64,000 nucleotides of DNA from Octopus sinensis (Eukaryota): NCBI RefSeq assembly GCF_006345805.1, contig NC_042997.1, positions 155,000,001 to 155,064,000 of the forward strand, given 5' to 3'. Position 1 is the stretch's first letter; the number at the start of each line of letters is the position of its first letter. The translations under genes were made by a program, and so were the position numbers. The notes beneath the pieces were generated by a model. The model saw only the letters and a list, made by a program, of their open reading frames with translations, was not told where the DNA came from and ran no database searches. Of this stretch, positions 53,701 to 64,000 are shown piece after piece.

Positions 53701-54300
53701 GGGAACCAATACCATGGTCTCCATGTACCTTAGAGAAGATACTGGATTGCTACCCAATATGCCCATTAAAATCACCAGTTGCAAAGATGAGGTCATTGGC
53801 ACACATCCTTGAGGTAGCCTGTGGAAGGGTATCATAAAAGTGGTCCTTCTGATTGTTTGGTAGGCCTTCTTGTGGGGTGTAGGCAGAGATAATTGAAGCT
53901 GTGCTGTTCTGCAGGACTAACCTGAGCTTAAGCACTCTATCGCATTCCCTGACAACCTTTATGATCTTATCTACCCATTTCTTCACAAGGAGTATGCCTA
54001 CACCCCCAACTCCATCCATGTTACCTTGCCAGAAGATTTTATACCTATGTGCCTTGCCTGTGAGGACCCTAGCTGAAGCTCCTCTCCATCTTATCTCCTT
54101 TCAAGCATCTCTACAATCTCACTAGACCTACCTTTCAGTGTGCCTACATTGACAGTGCCAATGCTAAAAACTGGGAAAGGAATGTGGAGTGAGGCTTGGG
54201 GAGGAGAGATGTTATTCAGCGCCTGAAAAGAAGAGGAAGGTGGTCGTGTTCGATTTTGGGCATGCTTCAACTCTTCTCACTTCTGACCTCACATCATTCA
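50755..54300 (-). mobile_element. Near full-length degenerate RTE LINE (APE endonuclease, RT, 3' UTR)
   Basis: APE motifs TVNV, GVGIL, SAYTP, GDFNGH; RT relics; same (GAT)n terminus; many frameshifts. Confidence 0.92.
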
Positions 54301-54588
54301 AACATTCAAGAGTGTTAAGATTGTTGCTCCAATTGGAGGTAGGAGTAGGTGTTAGTGGCATTATAAGTATAAGCATTATGGTCAAAACAAAAAAAACATA
54401 AATTTAAGTGGTATTGCAAATATGGATAATCCAATATTAGATTAAGTAGGGAGTCAGCTAAACTGGTTGTGTTTGTCCAACGATAGGAGATTGCAGGTAT
54501 GATGGAGGGGAGCAGCAGCAAGGGGAGATGTTTCAGATAGAGAAAGAGAAGAAACAAGCTCATCCATACATACACACAAGCACACACG

Positions 54589-54652
<64 letters not shown>

Positions 54653-55145
54653 TAGGAACAAGCACACATGTACAGCCCATTAGCTTTCTCCTTCACTTGA
54701 TATGTGCATGGAAAATTACTGGGTAGTTGTTGGCATATTTCTAGATGGAACGAAACGAAAAAACAGATAGTCAGTTAAGTAGGTGGGCAGTTAAGTAGGA
54801 GACCGAGAGAGAAAGAGAGAGACAGAGTGTGCAGGTAATATAGAGAACAGCACCAGTGAGCAGGTGGCATTGAAAGAGGAGACATCTGGTAATGATGGTG
54901 ACAAATTTCTAGACAGAATGAAATGCAAGATAGCCAGTAAAGTAGATGGGCAGCTGAGCTAGTTGCATTTATCCCAGGAGAGGGAGAGAGACAGAAAGAG
55001 TGCAGGTAATATATAGAGAACAGCCCAGTGAGGTGGAGGAGTTGAGAGAAGAAACATCAGGTAATGGTGGTGGGAGGAGAGAGAGATATCCAGTGTAGAT
55101 GGTGGGAAGAGATAGAGGTATCGGTATTGGTGGTGGGGGCATATA

Positions 55146-55209
<64 letters not shown>

Positions 55210-55271
55210 CGTAATATATATGTGTACATATAATACGTATATATATATATATATATATATATAGAAGGTAT

Positions 55272-55305
<34 letters not shown>

Positions 55306-55350
55306 GAAGGTATATATATGTATAAATTATATATATATCTATATATATAT

Positions 55351-55620
55351 AACCAGCAGATACCCAGTGTTGCCCGTATTACGTGCAATCAAAGAATTAG
55401 ACTTTTCTGTGATATTTTCTGTAATGAACTGGAATACCTATGATTCGAATTTCATTAAAATTGTATATGAGGGTTATTTCCCCTCTTTACACACCCTAAA
55501 AAAATTATAATCATGACACATACTACTGATTTTTATGCGCAGATTCCAAAATTCCAGTCATACATATATACATACATACACACATACACATACACACACA
55601 TACATATCTTCTTTTTTATT
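55351..55620 (+). mobile_element. Possible non-autonomous Helentron/Helitron-like element
   Basis: Begins AACCAGCAGATACCCAGTGTTGCCCG after (TA)n and has a (CATA)n tract near its end, as in DINE-1-like elements. Confidence 0.35.
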
Positions 55621-55730
55621 CTATTTTTTTTTATTTAAACAAGAATATATTTGTTAAGATATTTCGTATTTTACAAGATTATTTACGTATATTTATTAAT
55701 TTATCTAATTAATCATCTTATTGTTTTTAT

Positions 55731-55817
55731 CTTTAACCTGAAGAGTGGCTATATTTATATTGAAGTGATTTTACTATTATCATTTCTTAAAAATGGCCAC
55801 GAAACACGTGTCATTAT
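55731..55817 (+). ncRNA. Type I minimal hammerhead ribozyme motif (Penelope/retrozyme type)
   Basis: CTGAAGA (55738)-GTGGCT...GGCCAC-GAAA (55801)-CACGTG-TC; canonical core, long stem II, palindromic stem III, weak stem I. Confidence 0.75.
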
Positions 55818-56089
55818 TCTACCAAATATATGTTTTATTTATTACTTTGCACATTACTTAATCATTGTTATATGTTTTATCTTATATTTAATCTTTCTAT
55901 AATATATAACTTTTCTAAATGGTATCATTTAATTTTTCATTTTTGAATTGATAAAAGGTGTTTTTTTCTAATTTATATATATATATACACACACATACAC
56001 ATATATATGAACTTACACATATATATACATATAAAGCTAAATTAAATATAGAGATATTCTATTGACAATCCAATAATTTATTTATATAC

Positions 56090-56450
56090 ATGTGCCGGTG
56101 GCACATAAAAGGCACCATCCGAACGTGACCGATGCCAACCCCGCAGCACATGAAAAGCAACATCCGAACGTGACCGATGCCAGCACGGCCTTGACTGGCT
56201 TCTGTGCCGGTAGCACAAAAAAAAAAAAAAAAAAAGCACCAACTGATCGTGGCCGATGCCAGACCCCTCTGGCACCTGTGCAGGTGGCACGTAAAAAGCA
56301 CCCACTACACTCGCGGAGTGGTTGGCATTAGGAAGGGCATCCAGCTGTAGAAACACTGCCAGATCAGACTGGAGCCTGGGGCAGCCCCTGGCTCCCCGGA
56401 CCCCGGTCGAACCGTCCAACCCATGCTAGCGCGGAAAACGGACGTTAAAC

Positions 56451-56482
<32 letters not shown>
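56090..56482 (+). mobile_element. RTE 3' UTR fragment with (GAT)n tail, relatively young
   Basis: CpG-retaining copy of the RTE terminus. Confidence 0.85.
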
Positions 56483-56484
<2 letters not shown>

Positions 56485-57787
56485 ACATTAAATACTATGA
56501 ATGTAATATTGTAATATAAACAAATTATTGGATTGTCAATAGAATATTTCTATATTTTATTTTATCTTTATAATTGAATTAAACCAATACTTATATGGTA
56601 TCCAACTGAAGTCCCAGTAAATTGGATGTTTAACACACTAAACTTTAAAAAAAAAAACTCCATTTTCTTCAAAAATTCTATATCTCTTTAACTGAAATAA
56701 TCATATAGTCAGATAGTTATTCATTCATTTCCCTTGTTTCACTGAAGATAAAACACTGTCCAGGAAAACCAGAATGCTATGAAAAGGCTGATATAGATAC
56801 CAAACTTTAATCTCTACAAAATTTTGCATGCAGACAGCAATACAGGAATAACAATTACGCAAAACTAATTCAATAACCACTAATTAATGGAGCCCATTAG
56901 AAATATCAAACAAGATAAAACTGTTACATGAGGATATAATGAAGTGGTAATTTAAAGAAGTTAAAATAACTGATATTACTGTTATTTCACTTATATTATG
57001 TTTTTTCAATTACAATGGGACTTGCATATAAAAAAAAATTTTGAAGCAATTACACAGCTGAAAGGTGAACAAATAGCAAAAATCAAACAGATATGAATTC
57101 ATGAAATTGAATGGTAGGCCTCATATGCCTACGGTTTAAAATTACTACCTGGTCTTTGGGTACCCAAGGTTAACTCTGTTGCAAGCATTTCAACTTTCAC
57201 ACCACTCACATTTTTCATATAGACCTTGACCCGCAGATTTTTAAGTTGTACCAATCTCATCTGACTGGGAAGGCCTTCAATAACCATGTGCAATGTTTTT
57301 CCTCTACTGATGAACTTATGAAAAGAAACTGATTTCCTTGCAATGTTGTATAAAAAAACAAGTCAATAACCATCAACATAATTATAATTTTTTTTTTTTC
57401 TGATTGGTAGGAAAATGAGTTGAACTTGCATCACAACACATCCTCTTCTCCAACTACAACGGTGCAACTCTGAACTTCAAATGTCAGTTAAGATGTCATT
57501 ATTACATAAACTATGGTTGTTTTACATCATGTAAATATATAGTAAAACTGGAAAGTCTCACCTGTCAAAACAGATATCCTAGTCTTTTTCCACCCAAATA
57601 ATGCAAACCAGTGAAGGTTAGAGTCAGTCAAAGGTTATTTCTTAGTGCGCCATCAGTGTTATTTGACACCTCTAAACCAGAAACTACAAGTGAAGCAATA
57701 ACCAAAGAACAACTAACATGATGCAATTGGTCTAGGAGACGAGCAAGCAAGCAGTGCTGGTTTTGGAAATTTAATAATAATAATAAT

Positions 57788-57852
<65 letters not shown>

Positions 57853-57857
57853 CAGCA

Positions 57858-58590
57858 ACAACAAGCTCTCAAAACAAACTCCTCCAAATATTCCAATGGT
57901 AAAAGCACTGACTCGCTACAGTGTAGGATGTGCTCTGAGAAGGGAGAAAGTATAAGCCATATTGTTAGTAAGTGCTGTAAGCTTGCACAATGCAAAGACA
58001 AAAGGAGACACGACAATGTGGCCAGATATGTCCATTGGCTGTTGTGCAGTAAAGCAAACCTCGAGAGAGCCAAACAATGGTATGAACACAAGCCAGAGGT
58101 ATTAATGGAAAACGAACATTACAAAATACTCTGGGATTTTAACATGCAGTTTGACCAAGTCATAGAGGCGAGATGACCAGATATCGTGCTCATCCATAAA
58201 GATGAAAAGGAAGTTAAGATAATAGATGCTGCAATACCAGGTGATTCGAGGGTGAAATGTAAGGAAACAGAAAAGATTGAGAAATACCAGCCACTGCAGG
58301 ATGAGATAGGAAAGTTATGGGGCATGAAAGTAATGGTGATACCGGTGGCAATTGGAGCATTAAGAGCAGTTTCTAAGGGCTTTGAAAACATAGTAAGAAT
58401 ATTGGAGCTGCTGTCAGGCTTGAGGTGATCCAAAAGACAACATTGTGGGAACTGTTTACATTCTAAGGAGAGTATTGTCTCTTTGAGTCACTGTAGAAGG
58501 TGCTACTTGAAACGTTTGGTGATTTGTTATTGCCTGCTTTCAAGTAAAGAATAGCCAGTAATTAAGAACTACCCAAGAGTCTTTCAGAAT
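57858..58590 (+). mobile_element. 5'-truncated R4/Dong-clade LINE (CCHC finger and restriction-like endonuclease) in (TAA)n
   Basis: CRMC..ESISHIVSKC, RRHD, KILWDF, PDIV, IIDAAIP, EKIEKY, IPVAIGALRAV; (TAA)n on both sides. Confidence 0.88.
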
Positions 58591-58607
58591 AACAATAATA
58601 ATAATAA

Positions 58608-58905
58608 AGGTTGCGCCAGTAACCATTGGTGCATTGGGAACTGTAAGTAATGAAGGAGATTGGAAAAGAATGTCCTACAGAACTTCTACATAAAGTTTGC
58701 TTCTTAGGGACAGGAAAGACTATCAGTGGGGTCTTAAGCACTTGAAAGACTATTGAAAGCTTGTGGATACCTAAGGCTACACGTAGTTACCTGCTACCCA
58801 TATAAATTCTACCAGAAATAAGAAAACTTGTTGTCTCTGGGTGAAACTTGGAATCAACTTGTACAAATACAAAGCAAAAGCAACAATAAAAAATTTTTTT
58901 TTTTA
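58608..58905 (+). mobile_element. Second, shorter R4/Dong-like 3' fragment ending in (TAA)n
   Basis: Translates VAPVTIGALGTV...LLHKVCFLGTGKTISGVL. Confidence 0.7.
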
Positions 58906-60142
58906 AATAATAATAATAATAATAATAATGATAATAAAAATAATAATAAACATGGAAAATTATTATCAATACCTAGGCTATTGAAAAGGTGCAAAGCAGA
59001 GCAGAAGTAAATAATAAATTAGATCTTCATTTACAATTTTAAAAATTATTATTATTATTTGTTTCTCAAATACATTTCTCAAAATCAACTTTCGTATTTC
59101 AATATTCAGCATTTAAATGCAGTTTATTACTTTCTTTTAACTCTTCAAACCATCTGTGAAAAATACAAAATGTGAATGGGTTAAAAAGAAAAATGCTTTT
59201 TAAAATTTTCTTTTCAATATTATCATTTCCAGTTTTTTTTTTTTTTTGCCTTTTCATTAACTCATTCTGACCAGTAATCCTTGTGGTGCCATTCTTAGTA
59301 ATTAGAAGATAGATTCAATAGAACCTAGGCACATCAACATGCAAGACACCAGAAATGGCTAGGTATGATAACGTAGAGTTCACAGTGAGGCAAACAACAA
59401 TGAAATTATCACATGTTGGTAGGATACTGCAGATATATAAGTACCAAATCCAATTTAAACCAGAGACCAGGCTCTGGAGTTGGTTCCAGGTGTGGCATAA
59501 GTATAAAAAGAAACATAAATGGCATTTAAAATTTACAACAGCTGTTTCTGTAGGATTTTATTGATGTATTCAAATATTACATCATAACATATAACCCACC
59601 ATCTTCAGGTAAAATTTTAAATAGGTAAGATGTCAAGCAGGTGAGATTTCACACATTAAACATGATGAATTCAATCAGAATAAAATAGAATACTGGTTCA
59701 CATTCATGATGTTTGAACCTGGAAATGAAAATCACTTTACATCAGAGTAGTTTTGAAGAAACATTAGTTCAAACTTAGCTGTCACAAAGGAGTTTCGAAC
59801 AAAAGATGTTTAAACAAAATGTCAATAAATGGAAAATTTATGAAAACACACATTTATTGAAGTGTTCATTATATCCTACATAGCTCTGTATATACAATAT
59901 ATATATATATGCGTGTATTGAAATGTAGTGTACTCTTGTACTCTTACTACAATCCTTAGACAGAATCATTACAACATTGAATGCGACAAACAGCTCTTTA
60001 AATTATAAATACAGTCCAAGTTTCTGTCTGCTCAATTTCAGTTGCAAGGTTTGTTACACAAAAGACTGACCCAATACTATGATAAAAAGACGCAAGCTGT
60101 TTGGTAATTGCAAAGCCAACTTCTTAACCATACAGCTACAAG

Positions 60143-60174
<32 letters not shown>

Positions 60175-61390
60175 GAGCTGTACATCAGTGAAAGAAATAT
60201 AGAATGGAAATTAAGGTGAATATGAAAATTGAATGTAGAAAACCTGCAGTGATTCAAGAAACTGAGTTGAGTGTGTTCTGTAAAATGTGCAACATATGAG
60301 AGAGAAATGCTAACCATTTGTGTGTTGAGGAACTGACTGTATCAAAAATTGGTATGGAGATCTAAGCTAAGTAAAGTGGAGGTGGTGGTGGTGGCGGTGA
60401 CAGGTGTTGGGAATTGGTGGTGGGAGTAGGATATTCTGAGAACAAAAAATCATTTCATCTTTGAGACCTAATTTTATTTGGTCAGATCAAATACAATTGA
60501 ATTTGACAGATTAGATGAGATGAGTGAAATGAGATGAGACAAGATCAAGATCATGAATTGGGGCTGTATGTGAAATTCACTTACTTCATTGCCAAATTAA
60601 AAAAAGACATGATGACGATGATAATGATAACGACAAAGTTGGAAATGGTGACAATGAAGATGAAGATAATGAAATAATGACTCTGAAGTTCTAATTTAGC
60701 AATAATTACTTTAAAATAAAGAACATAATCTAATTTCGAGAATATTTATGCTATGGTTCTAATGCTTTCAATATTCCTTGTTTTGTAACTGTAGTAAATC
60801 TCATTAAGACTTCAGAATTATTTAAACAGCATGTGCTATTCAAAACTTTACACTACATTCAAAACGCTAAATGACATACATCACTTTATACACTAAATAT
60901 TTTTTGATTTTCAATTTATTTTTATACTCATAGTTTGAAAATATAAACCTATATTACTCATGTTTTTCACTGCCATTCATTATTTTCCAACTACAGAGAA
61001 AAACACAGCAACATTATTAAAAAGAAAATTTTAATATACTTTGTATAATATATTTTGTATTTCAAAAGTAGATGTAGCTAATATTAAGAATCAGAAATGC
61101 AACAACAGATGCTGCATGCAAATAGTGATACAAAAGTTTAAATTTCAAACCAATAATAGTATAAAATGAAAATACCTAAAAATTAAAATAAGACACTATA
61201 ATGTAAAGTTAAAATCTTCATATAAATCAACATCATCATCATCATAATCTGAAAGGAATTCTTAAAGCATTAGAATATCAAAAGAGAAAAAAATGCTTAA
61301 TCAAACATATTAAAAAAAATTAGATAATCAAATAAGAATTTAGTTTTTATTAAAATACATATAAAACAGAAAAAGATTGAATATTTTTAC

Positions 61391-61489
61391 CTGTGGTCAT
61401 TTCTGGACTCCATTCTTGTTCCCCTGTAACTCCCCACATATACGTTCGATATGGTTCCCGAGAGGACTGACTACGGGATAAGTATTTGT
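61391..61489 (-). CDS. DEPDC5: DEPDC5 exon (KYLSRSQSSREPYRTYMWGVTGEQEWSPEMTTG)
   Basis: ttcacag/gtaaaa, 99 nt, phase 1-1; WGxTGEQEWxPxxTTG recalled from invertebrate Iml1 just before VDWKSL. Confidence 0.9.
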
Positions 61490-61644
61490 CTGTGAAATAA
61501 TAACAACATATTTTACCATCACAAATTTTACTTCCTAAGTGTAACTTAATAATATTTCTGTTAGTGGAAGTTTCATTGTTTCTTCCAAGGATCAAACCAC
61601 ATGATAACAGTGTTAAAAGTTGTCATATAGTAGTGAAATATTGG

Positions 61645-61860
61645 CCTCAAATTTTGGCACAAGGCCAGCAATTTCAGGGGAAGGGGCAAGTCGATTACAT
61701 CAACCCCAGTGTTTAACTGGTACTTATTTAATTGACCCCATCAAAGGGATGAAAAGTAAAGTTGACCTCAGCAAAATTCAAACTTAGGACATAAAGTCAG
61801 AAGAAATGCCGCTAAGCACTTTGCTTGACATGCTAACAATCCTACCAGCTCACCGCCTTT
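61645..61860 (-). mobile_element. SINE family B
   Basis: Similarity to the 6957 and 15445 copies. Confidence 0.7.
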
Positions 61861-62036
61861 TAGGAGTGAAATATTAGCAATAAATGTAGAAGATCTGAAA
61901 CAATAAAATATTTAATGTCTCAGAATTCAAACAATAGCAAAAGAACAAAAGTACACATAAAATACTCAGCTATTGAAATTGAGGGTCTAAATTCTAAAAG
62001 TTTTATCAGCAATCCTTTACCATGCTTCATAGATAA

Positions 62037-62256
62037 CTCTTTACTCTTTTACTTGTTTCAGTCATTTGACTGCGGCCTTGCTAGAGCACCGCCTTTAGTC
62101 GAGCAAATCAACCCCAGGACTTAATCTTTGTAAGTCTAGTACTTATTCTATCGGTTTCTTTTGCCGAACCGCTAAGTTACGGGGACGTAAACACACCAGC
62201 ATCAGTTGTCAAGCGATGCTGGGGGACAAACACAGACACACAAACATACACACACA

Positions 62257-62311
<55 letters not shown>

Positions 62312-62446
62312 CACATATACACAACAGGCTTCTTTCAGTTTCTGTCCACCAAATCCACTCACAAGGCTTTGGTCGGCCCGAGGCTATAGTAGAAGACACT
62401 TGCCCAAAGTTCCACACAGTGGGGCTGAACCCAGAACCATGTGGTT
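62037..62446 (-). mobile_element. SINE family A, head truncated
   Basis: Near-identical to 25543-25942. Confidence 0.85.
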
Positions 62447-62770
62447 ATAATTATAAGTTACCAGAAAAATAATTGAACCAATTTACTACAATGGGAGACT
62501 GAAGACAATGCTCCAGTGTTCTCTTAGCAAAACTAAACTGAAGTTCCTTATCATAGGGTAGGTAAAGCCACCAGCTGTATACTGTCACATACTCACACTG
62601 CTTTTTTTGCAATGTTAAAAACATACACACATAAATCAATGAGGTGGTTTCTTAATTAAGTAACAAGGTTAAACTAATTATCTAAATTAGTTCTATACCA
62701 AAGATTTTATGTTCATGTGATTCTGTACAACTTGAAAACTGTAAAATGAAAAAAATATATATATACTTAC

Positions 62771-62878
62771 GTTGCTCACTAGATTGAGAGAGGCAGCTAT
62801 TGGTCATAGCCCAACCAAAATGATGACTAGGGGAATTAGATTTACTGCATGGCAACTGATCATCTGAATAAGAATTTC
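62771..62878 (-). CDS. DEPDC5: Probable DEPDC5 exon, Ser-rich disordered region (NSYSDDQLPCSKSNSPSHHFGW...)
   Basis: attttag/gtaagt, 108 nt, phase 1-1, joins in frame to 61489. Confidence 0.7.
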
Positions 62879-63479
62879 CTAAAATATATCCAACTCTTGT
62901 AGCCTCCAGACTTGATGGTGAATTTTATGAAAAAAAAAAAAAGAAAAAACTAGTTTAGTAGTTAACTTACAAAATTGCAATTTCCTGCTTGGAAAAAATT
63001 ATATGTAGGTAGAAAATCAATTATAATGGAAAGAAGTTTACTTTCTATCTCATTCCAACTTACAGCTATGGAAAATGAGTTTAATATTGCTTCCCCTTAA
63101 AGAATCTCAAAAGTTTGTGCTATGAATCTCTGAGAAAAGACATAATTTTGTTCTTGATGGATAACTAACATGATGAAATCTTAGAGTTCAAGGTAGAGAA
63201 AGCATCAACATTTTGTTGTGCTTAATCAATGAGCTAAATAAATAACATTAAATGAAATAAAAATAATACCAACATCATTTATGTTTTAATGCATATTTTC
63301 CCAGCCCAGTGAGGATTAAGATAAATGGATAGATAAAATGTTAAGTAGAGAAATAAGCTACATTGATGCATAAAATAGAAGAACAGCTGAATGAATGTGT
63401 AGATAACAGAATGACAAGAAAAGAAAAAAATATCTTATGTCTGAAGTGAAATACAGAAATAAAACTGGTCGAATCTCAC

Positions 63480-63529
63480 CTGATATTATCTGCTCTTTGA
63501 CGATGAATAATTTTCTTATCATTGCTGCT
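63480..63529 (-). CDS. DEPDC5: Tentative DEPDC5 exon (50 nt)
   Basis: Strong tctcttcag acceptor and CAG/gtgaga donor; two frames are open, no motif support. Confidence 0.5.
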
Positions 63530-63822
63530 CTGAAGAGAAAAGAAATAAATGACTATTTAGAAGAATTCCTTGTAAACAAGAAATATTAGGTTCAATTTGT
63601 AAAAGCTGAATTAAAGAAAAAAAACTGCTTGGTAACAAAATTATGTTAGGAATTTGTGAAAAAGAATTCATTGCATGATGTTTATTGATGTAATTATGTA
63701 ATTATTTTTATAGATTTTTAAGCTTATTTTTTGTACGAGTAGTAATAAGCTAGGCACTAAAGAAACTATTAGTTTTTCTGTATCTGTCTCTCAGACAGAC
63801 AGAAAGAGAGAGAGAGAGAGAG

Positions 63823-63870
<48 letters not shown>

Positions 63871-64000
63871 TGTGGTGTGTGTAAAAGCATGTATGTATGT
63901 ACTCTTCCTATCTGGAATTTTACAGTTTACTTTGATTGGCTGCCAGCCTGATGGCAAAGTTGTAAATAAAAGGGTCTTATTCTGTTAGTAATCCTTCACA

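Noticed and set aside
57300-57330. CTGATGA-ACTTAT-GAAA hammerhead-like string
   Set aside because: No credible stem II, stem III or stem I; likely chance in AT-rich DNA.

Overview
AT-rich, microsatellite-dense eukaryotic DNA. The SINE/RTE repeat complement looks like an octopus (cephalopod) genome, which is an inference. The whole window lies inside one minus-strand gene, DEPDC5/IML1 (GATOR1 subunit). I traced 17 phase-consistent GT-AG exons (62878 down to 732) encoding the SHEN, DEP and C-terminal regions. There is also a tentative upstream exon and an in-frame candidate cassette exon. Start and stop codons lie outside the window. The introns hold three mariner elements with TIRs and TA duplications, RTE, CR1, R4/Dong and HERO-like LINE pieces, three tRNA-derived SINE families, and hAT and piggyBac-type MITEs. 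The most notable unexplained signal is a set of hammerhead-ribozyme-like motifs in short Penelope/retrozyme-like elements within the 26-kb intron. One of them (49828-49890, minus strand) has all three helices supported, but its strands run in a non-circularly permuted order. Exon and motif coordinates were counted by hand; repeat boundaries are approximate unless a TSD or TIR is quoted.
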